Source: Catajapyx aquilonaris (lineage: Eukaryota). From it: a DNA stretch of 46,452 nt. The translations under genes were made by a program, and so were the position numbers. Positions within the stretch are counted from its first letter, which is position 1, and every line of letters starts with the position of its first letter. Below, one piece after another: positions 13,498 to 27,200 of the stretch. Where the stretch lies: NCBI GenBank assembly GCA_000934665.2, contig JYFJ02003099.1, forward strand, positions 1 to 46,452. Direction: 5' to 3'. Below the pieces are notes generated by a model that worked only from the letters and a program-made list of their open reading frames with translations, had not been told where the DNA came from and searched no databases.

Positions 13498-15013
13498 GAT
13501 ACCCCATGCTAGGGCCTTTTGGCCCTCTTAGGCTGGGTTCACACTAGACGTTTTTGACAAGTCGCTCAAAACAGAACACATGTAAACTTATGGTGCATGA
13601 CACACCACGACTTCTTTCCTGCTTGGTCGTCGCAAAACGCAGCATGCTGCGTTTTTGCTGCCGCTACAAAAACACCGCGACAAAGTCGCTGAAAACTGAA
13701 CACATGGTAATCAGTTGGGGCAGACACACCTGGCGACAAAGTCGCGTGAAAAGTGTTTAATTTTGACTATTGTGGAACGGTAGTTGCTAAGGGTCAGGTT
13801 GGCAACGCTGCTCGGGTCGCATCAGTAGGGGAAGCAAAACGCGCGACGAAAACGCCTAGTGTGAACCTCGTGAGGCGTCAGCGACGAAAACGCGGCAACA
13901 AAGTCGCAGGCGACAAAAACGCCTAGTGTGAACCCAGCCTTAGGGGTTTGGAAATACCACCATATTTTTTGGAACTGTATAATATCATATTATTTAATTG
14001 TCCCAAGGGTAAGTAGGAGGGGATGTGCAAAGTGCTAGTGCAATGTCGTTGCTTGGTCGTTTTGTGAACTCCCCTGGGTGGATTAGTCTAGCGGAAATTT
14101 CCACCTGAGACGAAGCCAGAAATGGCCCAACTCTGCACGAGATGAAGGGGGAACCCCGGGTTGGGTTCGAACCCGGTACCTTAACATCCATGGGCGTGTG
14201 CATTACCGCAGCACCACTCCGCCTCCCTTGATGCATTCACATTTGAGTAAGAAATATTTTTGCGCATTTCTTCAATTTTAATTACTATGACATGCTGGTG
14301 TAAAACAGGTTGACTAAGAGCTTGGTATACTTTGGGGAGTTGGACGACCAGTGTAAAGTTTGGTAATTTTTGTGCTATCCTCCTTCCCTGCAACATTTTC
14401 TCATATAAATTAATGAGACCCATGCCACTGAGATGAGTTTATTGCTTCATAGGCAATAATATTTTTCTGGAATTTGTGAGTTATTGATATGGATGGTTTT
14501 AGGGAGCCTGAGTGGCGCTGCGGTAACATATGCTCCCTTAAGGCCATCTCTGGCTTCGTCTCGGGTGGTATTTCTGATAGACTAAACCACCCGGGGGAGT
14601 TCACAAAATGACCATACCAAGGACATTGCACTGCATTTTGCACATCCCCCCCTGTCATCCTGCCCATTGGCCTGGGCGATTCGCAAAAGGCACCATGTAC
14701 CATCCTACTTAATGATCAATAAAGGTCCATGCAAAACACCAACAAAGGTGACTGCACCGCCCACGATTGTTGTTGTTGTTATTATTATTATTATATGGAT
14801 GGTTTTGACCTTGCACAATGTGCTGCAGAAACCACACAAAACACAAAATTTTGACGTCAGCTGATTTCTATCAGAGTGGGCTGGGGTGAGATGCTTTATA
14901 TTAGAAATATGGATGTGGTGGGGAGTTCTGATCTTCCTCCGACAAGCACTATTGTGACTATAGAGTGATATCGTCAGATGTGGAAGCATGAATGGATTTG
15001 AAAACAACTGTGC

Positions 15014-15072
<59 letters not shown>

Positions 15073-18000
15073 CTCAACTGTATTCCTGCTATAGCCACCT
15101 GAAGCCAAACTTCTTGTCATTTGACCTCTCCTTGCTATCCACTGCATATTTGATCAGACCATAATAATTATGCATTAAATATTTTACTTCGCCAGGATCT
15201 CTTGATTAACATCTCGGATGTTGATCCCCTTCGCCAATCAGGAGACTTGATATTCAAGCTGATAGCAACCTGCTCTATGCCTGCTATCAACACATCCAAC
15301 ATGGAGGATGTTTTTGAGGAGGAACATGTCTGCAAAAGTTTCAAATCACTACACATCAATAAGAATGTAAGAACTAAGCTACTAGCAATTCATCTCATAA
15401 TTTCTGAGTCACCAATTTTTGCTTGTTCTTTACTTTCTTGCAATAGAGGAGTGGGTGATGTTACTTTTTTGTACTTATTATTTTTGTGCTGGTTTGTTTA
15501 CTTATTGATTACGCCTTTCTGGCTGAAGAGTCACCCATGAAGAACGCCATGATGATTTCGTTTTTTAAAATGCCATCTCCTCACACCCACCCACATGCAC
15601 CGCCACCACTTCTTTTTTTTTTTACACCTTTCCCTGAACTTTCTCCTAAGTTTAGGGTACCTTATTTGTTTTATTGTAGAAATTTTGAACCTTGTGATAT
15701 GCTCAGTCAAACCACTCCAACTTATAACAACTGGCATCAACTCAGCTCCGACCACCCTATCAGCATGATGCACTATGAATGACCTCCACTTAAATTGCTA
15801 CTTGGAAACATATCTCTGTTAACAGTTTGTTAACTTTATTCTTGGACTGTTAGGTTCCCTTCTCTGGATGTATCTCTGGGTACACTCTGCTGGTCTTTCT
15901 AAATTCTTAAACTTGTTCTAATATAATGGTGGCTGCTGATAACCAAGCAGGGGATGGGAAAGTCCTTAATTCATGTAAATTGGTCAACAAAATCATTCTG
16001 TCCTTAGGAGAGAAAATATTCCCCACATTAAATGGGTGGAAACTAGTGACTGGAACCAGACAGGTTCGGGCATTGCAATGGATAAGAAGGTCAGGGTGGT
16101 GAACTGATGATTACTCATTTAGTTCAAAGGAATAAGGGTGCATTTACATGTGAGTGATTTGATCGCTAGCAGTAACATCGCTGCGTAACCAAAGTAAGTT
16201 TGAGGCGAAAATTGATTGTTACTTTCACCTCAAACAATTGGATTAATCGCTCAGTGATGACATAGCACGATCACATACCTCACGTGTAAGCCCACCATTA
16301 AGGTGTGTTTACATGTGAGCCATTTGAGCCATTTAATGTGCGAGCGAAGTCGTCACTGAGCAAAGTAACCAATATTGTGTGAGGTGAAAGTAACAATCGA
16401 TTTTCGCCTCCAACAATACTGGTTACTTGGGTTACTCAGCATTGTTATTGCTCGGCGATGACATCTCATGATCATATCGCTCACATGTAAATGCCGCTTG
16501 AAGAAAATGCCAATAGAGTGACATCCTGAAACAGAAAGGAGTAGATATACAGGGTGTTTCAGCAGAAAGTCCCACTTATAGATTGTGTGAGGGAATTAAT
16601 AAATGAACTGTAATGTAACTACATGTAAATGAGAATGTAAGAATGACTTACTATCACATGAAGTACTAAAAATGTCGTCCCTCCTCTGTGAGACACATTT
16701 GTGCACATTTCACCATGTTTTCATATGCCTCAACATACCTGTCAAAAAAATTTATTTCAGCTGTGATGTTTGCCCAAAGATCCTGAATGGTTGGTGGTTT
16801 GTTTTTGTAGACACACTCCTTTAATTGCCCCACAAGATGCACTCTGCTGATATTAAGTCTGGTGACCTGGGGAGGCGGGGGGGGGGGGGGGGGNNNNNNN
16901 GTTTTCCAGATGACATGGTTCACAGAGTGACTGTTGATTAGTGCCATTGACTCATTGTGGTGCTCTTTTCCTCAGAATTGCTTAAAATTTGGAGTAGATT
17001 TTAAAATAACATTTTGAATGACATTTTAAAAATAAATAGTAGTCATTTCTTCTTTTCTAGCAGTACCCCAATTATACAGAAAAGTACAAAGCATGGAAAA
17101 GTAACTAAAGGTGTTTGCAGTGAGCTATGATGGTATAGTGGTTTAAGTCATGGCTTTTTCCTCTCTGAGGTCTCATGTTTGCTCTCCAGAGATTTTATTA
17201 CATAATTATGTTGAATAGGTTTGATGGGTTTCTTCAATGTTGTTGTGGGTTTTCTCAGGCTGTTACTATTTTCTCCCACTATCAAAATCCATCAGCATAC
17301 ACTGTACCGGATTAAAATAAAAGGTGAATTTTAAGTGGCCACCAGTGTATCACTGGATATCCTGTTGTCATTATTACTGAAGGTTTTGTATGCTCATTAA
17401 ATGCTATAAATATTGTTAGGTTGACTGGTATTGCTAAAAAAAAGGATAGCCAGCTGCTCCTTTTGAGGAAGTAAAGAAGAACTAATTATTATTTGCAGTA
17501 TTAAGCAACCTGACACTTTAAAATGTTTCATTGTCTTTCTGCTCATTCTTGCTAATACAGTTGACTCTAGCCCTCGCATGTACTGTTCTTAAGTGTACTT
17601 ATTTTGTCTTGTCATCTATATCAATATATTGACATAATTATTTTATGTTCTTTTCACTTTTTACTCCTACCAGATGCCGTTTTCAGGCGTTTTCAGCTAC
17701 GATGATAACAAGTTCATGTTCCTGCCAGTGATTGTGGGCAGCAGTGCATCTGCCCACTTTAAATTACGCAGTAACAGCCAGGTTCCCACAGACCTAACAG
17801 CCAGCATAAAGGTAGTAGGGGATAAAACTGGTGTCAAGAACATATTCAGTGTGCATCCAAGCAAACTCAGCGTACCCCCCTACACCACTTCCTATGTTAC
17901 TGTCACCTTTAATCCACCTGGCATGCAGGTAAGAATTTTTGAACTATTTTTTAGATTCCTTGGATGGTGTTAGGAAAATAAGGCCATCATTGGTGTGGCC

Positions 18001-21000
18001 TGGAAATATCGTCGGCATTAAGGAGAAAGGGCTAATAGACCATTTTGGACATTTTACAGGAGAGGCAAAAGTAGGTTGAACATACGAGGGCCAGTCAAAA
18101 CAAATTGAGACTGATTTTTAAATATGATAAACAGAATTAGTTCATGACTCGCTGTGAATATCATCATGTCCAGACTCCAGAATGGATTGGAGTATTGGAT
18201 TACCAATTCCTGTTCGAATATTTCAAGATCCCAGGGAATTCTGTCACTGGAAGTAGACCTAGGTTCACATTCCCTGCCAGGGAGTCATATGACATGCTAA
18301 GATTATGAGTAGGAGACAGAGGTCACCATATTCGGCCACAAGACGTTGCAACTCTTAACAAACATCTTCCGGTATCTGCTGCTCATCTGGCGTCAACAGC
18401 CTCATCGGCGTCATCGCATCAGGCGCAAATGCTTATCATGTGAAAATGGTCAATGCAAAAATCGTGTGGGCACTACCACAGGAGATACCACACATTCTGG
18501 AAAGGTCGTCTATGGTTATGTGGCGATCTTCCTGGAAAATCCCTGCACATGTGGTGTTAAAGATCTCCTCCGATGAGATTCTGCAAACCTGTCTCTTGAA
18601 AGCAGACTACTGAACCTTGCTGAATGATTTGTACCATCGGAATGCTGTGGAGCACTTCTTCACCATACCCCTCCTCTAGCATGTCATATGCCTCCATTAC
18701 TGTTGTCTTTAAACTGAAGCAAACCCTCTATTATGAATATTGCCCTCATCACCAACCTTCTGGCAGAGCATAGGTGATTATGAACCTCGTTCTACTTCTG
18801 GTGACCCTGTCGCTTGGGATCTTGGAATATTCGAACAAAAATTGGTGATTTAATACTTCAATCCATTCTGGACACTATGCCATTCACCATGATTAATGAA
18901 CTAACTATCTTTAAATACACAAAAATTAGTCTCAATTTGTTTTGACTGGTCTTCGGATTCCTCACACATCACAGCATCCTGTATGTGCACTGTTACACGT
19001 ACACATTCGTCCTTTCACCAAAACCTGCAGTGGGTCATGTCACCTTCAAATACGCATTTTCGTTTTTTTTTTTTGGAAAAATGGTATATTCGCTCTTTCT
19101 CCTTAATGCCAATGATATGTAAGCCTGTATTGCGTATTGTTAGTCATCTGTAAACTGACATGTCATGAAATGACTGATAAATTCTTTAATTGCCGTAAGA
19201 TGGGACAACTTTGATCCTAGTGGGGCTACTTTGGTCCAAGCTTGTACCAAGTGCTTCAAAAATGCATAAGATGGCAGGTATTGACACTAACTACATGCTG
19301 CTACATGTAATAAGAACAGTCAGAATCACTAAGGAGTGGGGACATTTGTGGTAAATGTGTCATACATCGAAGTTTGTACACCCGCCAGCAGAGGGTTACT
19401 TTCCACAAGTCACTTTGGCACGCTTTGGCACGTGTTTTCAAGAAGTCTGTACTGCTAAGACCGGTGCAGCCACACGTGTAGGTATCACTTGCATTTAGCA
19501 TGCGAGGATTTGTAGTGCATTTAGTTACTGTTCCAGGCATATGTAAGTCACGAAATAATTCTTATCAGGAATTGGGGGGTGGGGGGGAAGCAATCAAAAA
19601 AGTTGTAAGTGATGGGGTTACTTTGGTCCATAATATTCTTGGATCAAAGAAGGCTTTGCTGCCAAAGACTCCTTGTACATTATGGCCATGATAAACTGGA
19701 CTCTCTGGGTACAGTCAGTGAGCTAAAAAAGTGTCTCCATGCCATTACCAATGTAGTACCGTACCAGTTGTTGTTGTACTAATATATTTGATTATTCAGA
19801 CTAAATATAATTTAAAAATACAGCCTATTCAGACAAATATAGCCTACTGCTGTTTTGAAATATGTCCAAGGGACCTCACATCTCCAAGATGTATGTACAC
19901 ATGTCTTGGCCTCTGTATTATCTGGACCAATAATGGGGTTTAATTCAACGACTGGCATTTTTCCAAGGGGTTCATCATACTTTTTTTTTGTTTTTTTTTT
20001 TATTATTTATCATACCCCGTGCTAGAGCCTTTGGCTCCTTAGGGGGGGTGGATTACCACCATTGGATGGGACCAGGGATAGGGAAGGATGGAAGCTGCTG
20101 TGGCCTATTTTTACGGAAATGACTCCGGAATTGTCCTGGAGGGGACCATGGAAAACCACAGAAAAACATGGTCAGGGTCGCCGGCCCCGGGATTCGAACC
20201 CAGGACCTCCCGATTAGCAGGCGGGCTCCTTATCCCCTACACCAACCTGCTTCGGTAGGGGTTCATCTTACTGGACCCATGGGGCTACTTTATTTCAACT
20301 TTGCCATTTTCTGTACAGTGTTATATAATCTGCACTGCACGAACAATAGTAGTGAAGTGTTGACTCAGGGAAGTTTCCTAATCCCGGCAACAGGTTTGCA
20401 GTTTCATTACTATGTCAGGGGTAGTAGACTTGACTCCAGTTAAAGAAATGGAATAGCTTACACCAGTAACTAGTTAAAATAGAACCAACTCATTGGAAGC
20501 AACAATCCGGGCCAGTATCACAAGCCGTGGTTGTGACTTCTCTTTAAACTCCATACTATTAGTACTGCTACTGGAGGGAAATATTGTTACTTCATCAATT
20601 CAGCACTCTTGAAGTGAGGACTTGGGCAGTACACCACCTTGTATTTATGTGTTTTCTTGCATGCAGATGTTCGCCGGTACAATGGAACTGGTCGTGGAAG
20701 GCCTTCCACCTAACCTGATGAAACACAGATTAGTGACCTATGAAATATGTGGAGAGGGGGCAGTCCCACGAGTGGAGATAACTCAGCCAGTTGCCTGGAA
20801 AGACAAAGATGGAATGTCTCTGGTGCTATTTGGGCATATTTTTCTTGGACACAAGAGAGTCGAGAGAGTATCCTTTATCAACAGAAGCAACGTCGCATGC
20901 CAGGTATGATATATTGAAAAGTTACATAAATGTTCACTCATGGTTAGGAGTTAGTACATCAAATTTAATTAACCAGAGAATGTGTTGTGTCCACTTGGTT

Positions 21001-24000
21001 TAATCTTAGAATTTTTCCAGACAGTCACATAAGTTTCAAAGTTCACAGAAAATATTATCCAAATGAATATAAAGCTTAGTCTCCTTTACTGCTTGTCAGG
21101 TTATGAAACAGGAAATTTCTTTTTCCAAAACTGCCTTCATACCACATAGGCAAAGTTTTCATTTACATTGTTATTAATTTATTAGACAGAACGTAATAAA
21201 CCTGAATTTCAATGAATTATTCCTTTGATTGTCAGTACAGTTTTTTCTTCTTCTTTTCCTGGCCCCCTCCATTACAGGTTATATTATGCAGACAGTCTTA
21301 AATTATTTTGCACTAGTCATCATTATGTTTCACTAGCGATGAAGACTAACAGATGAGAGGGGGAGGGGAGGGTGACAGGGAGGGAGTTTAGTGAACCAGA
21401 AATTGCTTCCTTGCAGGTGATGATGACCCCAGAAACTTCTCAATCATTTCTGTTTACACCTGTTGAGTCAACTCTGAGCCTTTTGAAGGAAGGTGGTGTT
21501 ATGTATGGTATGTCATTTTTTTTTTGTTTCATTTCACTTTTACGTACATTAATGTGAGGATACTTAATCACTTGTTGTAAGGAACTAAAGTTGTACTCGT
21601 CACAGGGAAACACCATGGCATACATGGTACAGTGGTAATCTGGAAAGTAACTTCATTTGTTTTATTAGAAAAACAATAATGCACATCCAGAATCTTTAAA
21701 GGTGTGTTTACATGTGAGCAATTTGACGAGCGACATCTTTGCTGAGGCTGAAATTAACAATCGATTTTCGTTTCAAACAATATTGGTTACTTGGGTTACT
21801 GAGCCTCGGCGAAGACTTCGTTTGTCAAATCGCTCACATGTAAACACACCTTAATATCAACAAGTACAACCTGAAAACCACAACTACCTACTTTTTTTCA
21901 ACGTTGTAGTTTCCAACCAAATTGAAGCATTTGTTGTAGAGTTTCACAGAGATTTTGTATGCTGCTGTCATAGAAGTTTGTCACCAGCTGTTACAGCCAG
22001 CATTACAGCGTGTTACACTGTGAATTACTAGACTGCAATTCCTCTTCATCATCAAACCTCTGCTTTGCAAGCCATTTCTACGTTTCTACAGGTGGTAATG
22101 GCTAGGCTCTGTTTGGGCTGCAGGGAGGGTCATCAAACTATTGTCACATGAATTGTTGAAGCAGGGTTCCATGATGCAATCCAGCATGAAGACAGGCATT
22201 GTTGTGCAAAAAAAAGCACCCCAGAACTCAACATTGTGTGACTTTCGTTCAATGCAAATGTTTATTATGAAACGTAACATAAGTTATGGAGGGCCGTTTA
22301 AAACAAACGTCATGGCAAGTTGAGTTCTGGAGTGTTTTTCTTGCACGACTATGCCAAGACCACATACTGCCATAACGGAACGGAACCATACTGCAATAAT
22401 ACAAGTTAGAATTATTGTTCGATGACCCTCCTTGCAGCCTGTATTTAGCGTCCAGTGATTACCACCTCTCCATTCACATGAATAAATGGCTTGCAAGGCA
22501 GAGGTTTCATGATGGTGAGGAAATGCAGTCCAGTGTTCAACGTGGCTGAAATTGCTGGTCACACACTTCTCTGACAGTGGAATAAAAAATTTTGTTTATC
22601 TCTATGACAAATGCCTAAAAATGGCTGGAAACTATAAAAAATAGACTGGTGTAATTTTCAGTTGTCTACATACAATATAATATAACTAATGAAAATTCAG
22701 AGTTTACATTGTTGTTTTTATTATAAAACAATGAAAGTTACTTTCTGAATTACCCTCGTATAAGCTCCTACACATTGAATGATTCATGGTTTTATTTATT
22801 TTCTGTCCTCTAGTAAGGCTAGTAAGAATGGGGGAGTTCTGAAATACTGTACCAGTATGTCATCAACATTTTAAAATATTTTAAATAAGGATAATGGCAC
22901 TAAAACTGTTTCGGAAAACTGTCCTTTACTCCAATCCTCCTTTAACTCCAATTTGTTGCTCACTGACTGCAACTTGTGTGTTTCAGACCCCATGAAGCCC
23001 TATATAGGTCTTCTGTATATGGGCCCCCAAGAAGAGGCTGTTTTTGATGTGTCATTTTCACCAGAAGTAGCTGGCTACTATGAAGAGCGACTAATCTTTG
23101 ACGTCATTGGTAACCTGTTTGAAAAGTGCACGGTGCAACTTTGTGGTTATGGCTACAAGGACATCATTGCCTTCCATGGCCTGCCCAATGCTTTTATGCC
23201 CCCCGACACTGGACTGAGGCACATTCAAGCTGCAGATGTTACTGAAGGAGAGATGCCCTTTGAAGCCAATGCCTTTATTGACTTCGGGGAATGCTTGGTG
23301 GGGAAAAAGTATGTGCGAAAGTTCCGAGTGTGCAACTATTCAGCAACAGAACCCTATCGGTTTGAATGGACAAAGCACCTATGCTTCACTATTTCACCAT
23401 GTGTAGGGCATATTCAGCCAAATGGGTCCAAGGATATCAAGGTGTCCTTTAGGAGCCAACAAGCCGTCACACTCACCAAGGTGAGCATAAGAGTAGTCAA
23501 ATCGGTAGTAGAAGTTCGTATGAGATCACACTGTACATGGTTGAGGGGTGTTTGATAAGTAGTGAGCCTACCTATGAATGAGTTGTCCCAGGTGAATGGC
23601 ACTTATATTTATAAGCCTATTGGGGTTATTTTGTTTGTTTTGTTTTTTATACCCCATTGGGAGAATCGGCGTTCCATTAGGGGGGTGGAGTACCACCATT
23701 GGATGAGGCCAAGGATAGGGAAGGAAGGAAGTGGCTGTGGCCTATTATGCGGAAGCGATCCCGGAATTATCCTGGGGGGACCGTGGGAAACCACTGAAAA
23801 CCACGGTCAGGATCGCTGGCCCTGGGAATCGAACCTAAGACCTCCCGATTAGCAGTCTGGCTCCTTAACCCCTACACCAACCTGCTTCTGTTCTATTGGG
23901 GTTATTGTAAAATGGTGTTTACAGCTCCCACTTCAAGGACATCAGTAACTGATCTAAGGTACTGAAGCAGGTTGGTGTAGTGGATATGGAGTCCGCCTGC

Positions 24001-24254
24001 TAATCGGGAGGTCCTGGGTTCGAATCCCGGGGCCGGCGACCCTGACTGTGGTTTTCTGTGGTTTCCTATGGTCCTTCCAGGATAATTCTGGGGTCGTTTC
24101 CGTAACAACAGGCCACAGCCGCTTCCTTCCGTCCCTATCCTATCCCAAAAAGCAAAGTAAAATGAAAGCAAAGAGTTCCAGTCAAAACAAAACTCCCCCC
24201 TAAAGAGCCTCCGGCTGATAATGGGGTATGATATGATATGATATTATGATATTA

Positions 24255-24286
<32 letters not shown>

Positions 24287-27200
24287 GATCTCAGGGAATA
24301 TGATGGCTGAAGTCCGGGCCTGTGAAGGCTCTTCAGCCCAAATACATCAGTTACTATCATACATACGGTAATTTATCATAACTGTTGTTGTTTAATGGCC
24401 TTAATTATCCAACCAAATCACACAAAGCATAGTACATTCCTGAACCAGGTGGGATTGGGGGACTCATTCATGATTGAATGAGTCACTGGATTTATATTGA
24501 TTACAATGAAATGTCAAAAACATGAGTCCTTTTATAGTACCGTCAAACGGGGTTACGTAAGCCGGGTGGGTAACTTAAGCCATTTTGCTGCGTAAATTTC
24601 GGACACTGATTTTGGCGACACTGTTTTGAGTTGAAATGTTATTTTTCATGACATAAGTTCCATATTTAAGTGCAGTTTTGGACTGCATATTTGAATATTG
24701 TGTTTGTGTCAAAGGTAACTTTGTAAAATCTTAATTACGTTTAGGATAATTGCATCATAAATTTATACCCTACGTAACTTTCATCGCCAACATCATCTGT
24801 TTGAATTTAATTCGGTATAAAGATGATGAAACATAACCTGCAACATTCCTTTTCAGGTAGTTATACTGCATAGCTTAAATTTTCATTTTGGTGTCAATAT
24901 ATATACTTAAAAATTAATTGTTGCGTCATGTATGGGGTGACATAGGCCACTTGTTCCAAGCCTGGCAAGAAGTGCGGGGATTAGCTTCTGGGGGTCAGGA
25001 GAGTATAGTTACTAGGGCTGTGCGATATTTCGATACATCGACTGTCGATACGATATTTTCCTAATATCGAAGTTGCGATATCCGACGCTTGGCATGTGCG
25101 ATGTATCGAATATCGCGATGTCGGTTTGCGATATTTTTCGATGTCGGTTCGATGTCGATTTGCGATATTTTGCGATGTCGGTTTTCGATGTCGTTTTTTT
25201 GATTTTCGATATATCGACTTCGATTCGATATATTTTCGGATATCGAACAGCCCTAGTAGTTGCCTAGTTGGGAGCATTGTTGATGATGAAATGTATGTTC
25301 ACATATCAGAAATATTGTTTGTTCTGTACAGCCTGTGAGCATAAAGAGAGGCCGCCATACTTTTTTCCTGCAATAACTTTCCCTTATATGAACTGAAATT
25401 TTGAACAATAAATTTCTGGAGCAATATGCAAATGTTTATTTTCTCCCTGTGAACGGACTTTGTTACCGTGTCATCGTCTAACAAAGCGAAACACTGAATT
25501 CTTTCTGCTGGCTTAAGTTACCCCATATCAGGGGGTAACTTAAGCCACCCCTTCTTTTTTTTTTGTTTTTATCATACATATTGTAGGAAACTTTCATCCA
25601 TGTATACGTCGACCGTAACTGTAGACCCATGTTTTGCAACAATAAGTTAATCTCTAAAGTCAATGCTCTTGAATTGGCAGATGTCTGAAATTGAAAAGTG
25701 GCTTAAGTAACCCCGCTTGATGGTATTAATTTAATTGAAATTGATACAAACATCCAATATTTGCTTTGAAATATGCCAATGTGTGAGTTATCAGGATAAT
25801 AATTATGGAGTTATTTATAATGTAATATATGGTAAATTGTTTGGTTTCAATTAACAAATGTGTGTGATAAGCTATAAGGAAAATTTGTCGAGTTCACTCT
25901 ATTGCTGCTACTTCATGCATTAGGTGTCACTGAAGTGCATGTTTGATGCGATCATCTATGATGAGAAGTATGTGAATGCTCCAGACTGGGATGATCAGAT
26001 GACAATTGTGAGATGGGTAGAAGAAGCAGTGAACGTGCCTGCACCAACATTAGGAACCCATCTGAGTGCCACTAAGCACAAATCTCCCAAGTAATGTTAC
26101 TTTAAGATATTACGGTTAAGCCTCCATCTATCGTTCTTAAATCCGTCCGTCAGTAATTCATAGGATCCCTATTTAATATAGGTTCCCACATTATTTTGTA
26201 ATTTTCTGGGATCCATTGGTTTTTTCAGGGGTCCCAACAAAAACAATAAATCGAGGTTTTGCAGTGCTTAATATGTAAGGTAGTGGTGTAACAAGGGGAG
26301 ATGGGAAATCAGATTGCATCAGTTAAAAGAATTTGAAGAATATATGTTAAATTTATCATTGAAAGTAAAACTTGGAACTAGTTGATTGAACACAAATTAA
26401 AGAGACAATCTTTGATTATTTCCGATGCTGTATAGTGAATGCATATGTACAATCATGATGAGAATTTTTTCTTCATTTGCATTCCCACAACCAGCCTTTA
26501 GTTTTTCCTGTGAGTCTTTTATGGAGCATCTGAGCAAATGTTTTAAAAAAGGAGGAAAAGAGCTGGTCATGCGTTGCATGTAATCAATGCCAAGGCAGAT
26601 CGGGTGCAAACGTAATATTTTAAAAAGGGGGTGACAGTTATCCAGAAATTCACCAGGTTTTATCTACTTGAGCAAATATTAATAGCTATTATTTCTGGAA
26701 GGCAAGCTTTTAAATTAATATCCTTCCCAGCCTTTATGTTCCAATACACTGTACTTCCGATTATCCAGGCTAATGAATGCATCACCGGATAATCAGAAAT
26801 CATGGTACTTTCCTTCTTAGACAGAGAGATTGTTTTGCGGCCATCTGAAATAACATTTTAATGAATATGACAGGTTCATGTTTATTAAATATTGTTCCTT
26901 TTTATTGAGCTCTACATTTGTTGACTGCTCCTGTACATGGGTATCACAAGGAGGAAAAAGACCCATATATATTAATATATATACGTATATATTATGTGCT
27001 CTAAATTCTGGGAAGCCAAGAAAGTAGAACTGGGAGGGGATGGTAGGAAATGACCATTTTTCCATTCCAGTGTAGCTGTGTTAGATGGAGTGATTCCATA
27101 CCTTGGACTTTACCAAGTAGTGGGACATGCAACATAATAATTGTGGATTTGCTTAGCCTGTTGCCTGTTTTGGGGCCATGGATTGCCCTGTGTTTCTGAT

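Noticed and set aside
16865..16900. Poly-Pro stretch and G-quadruplex-like poly-G (also 12075-12091)
   Set aside because: Adjacent to N bases, so run length is probably an assembly or sequencing artefact.
24981..25338. Overlapping Arg/Asp/Ile-rich ORFs; possible CRISPR-like repeats
   Set aside because: Short irregular CGAT repeats of a hAT MITE; no repeat-spacer structure and the context is eukaryotic.
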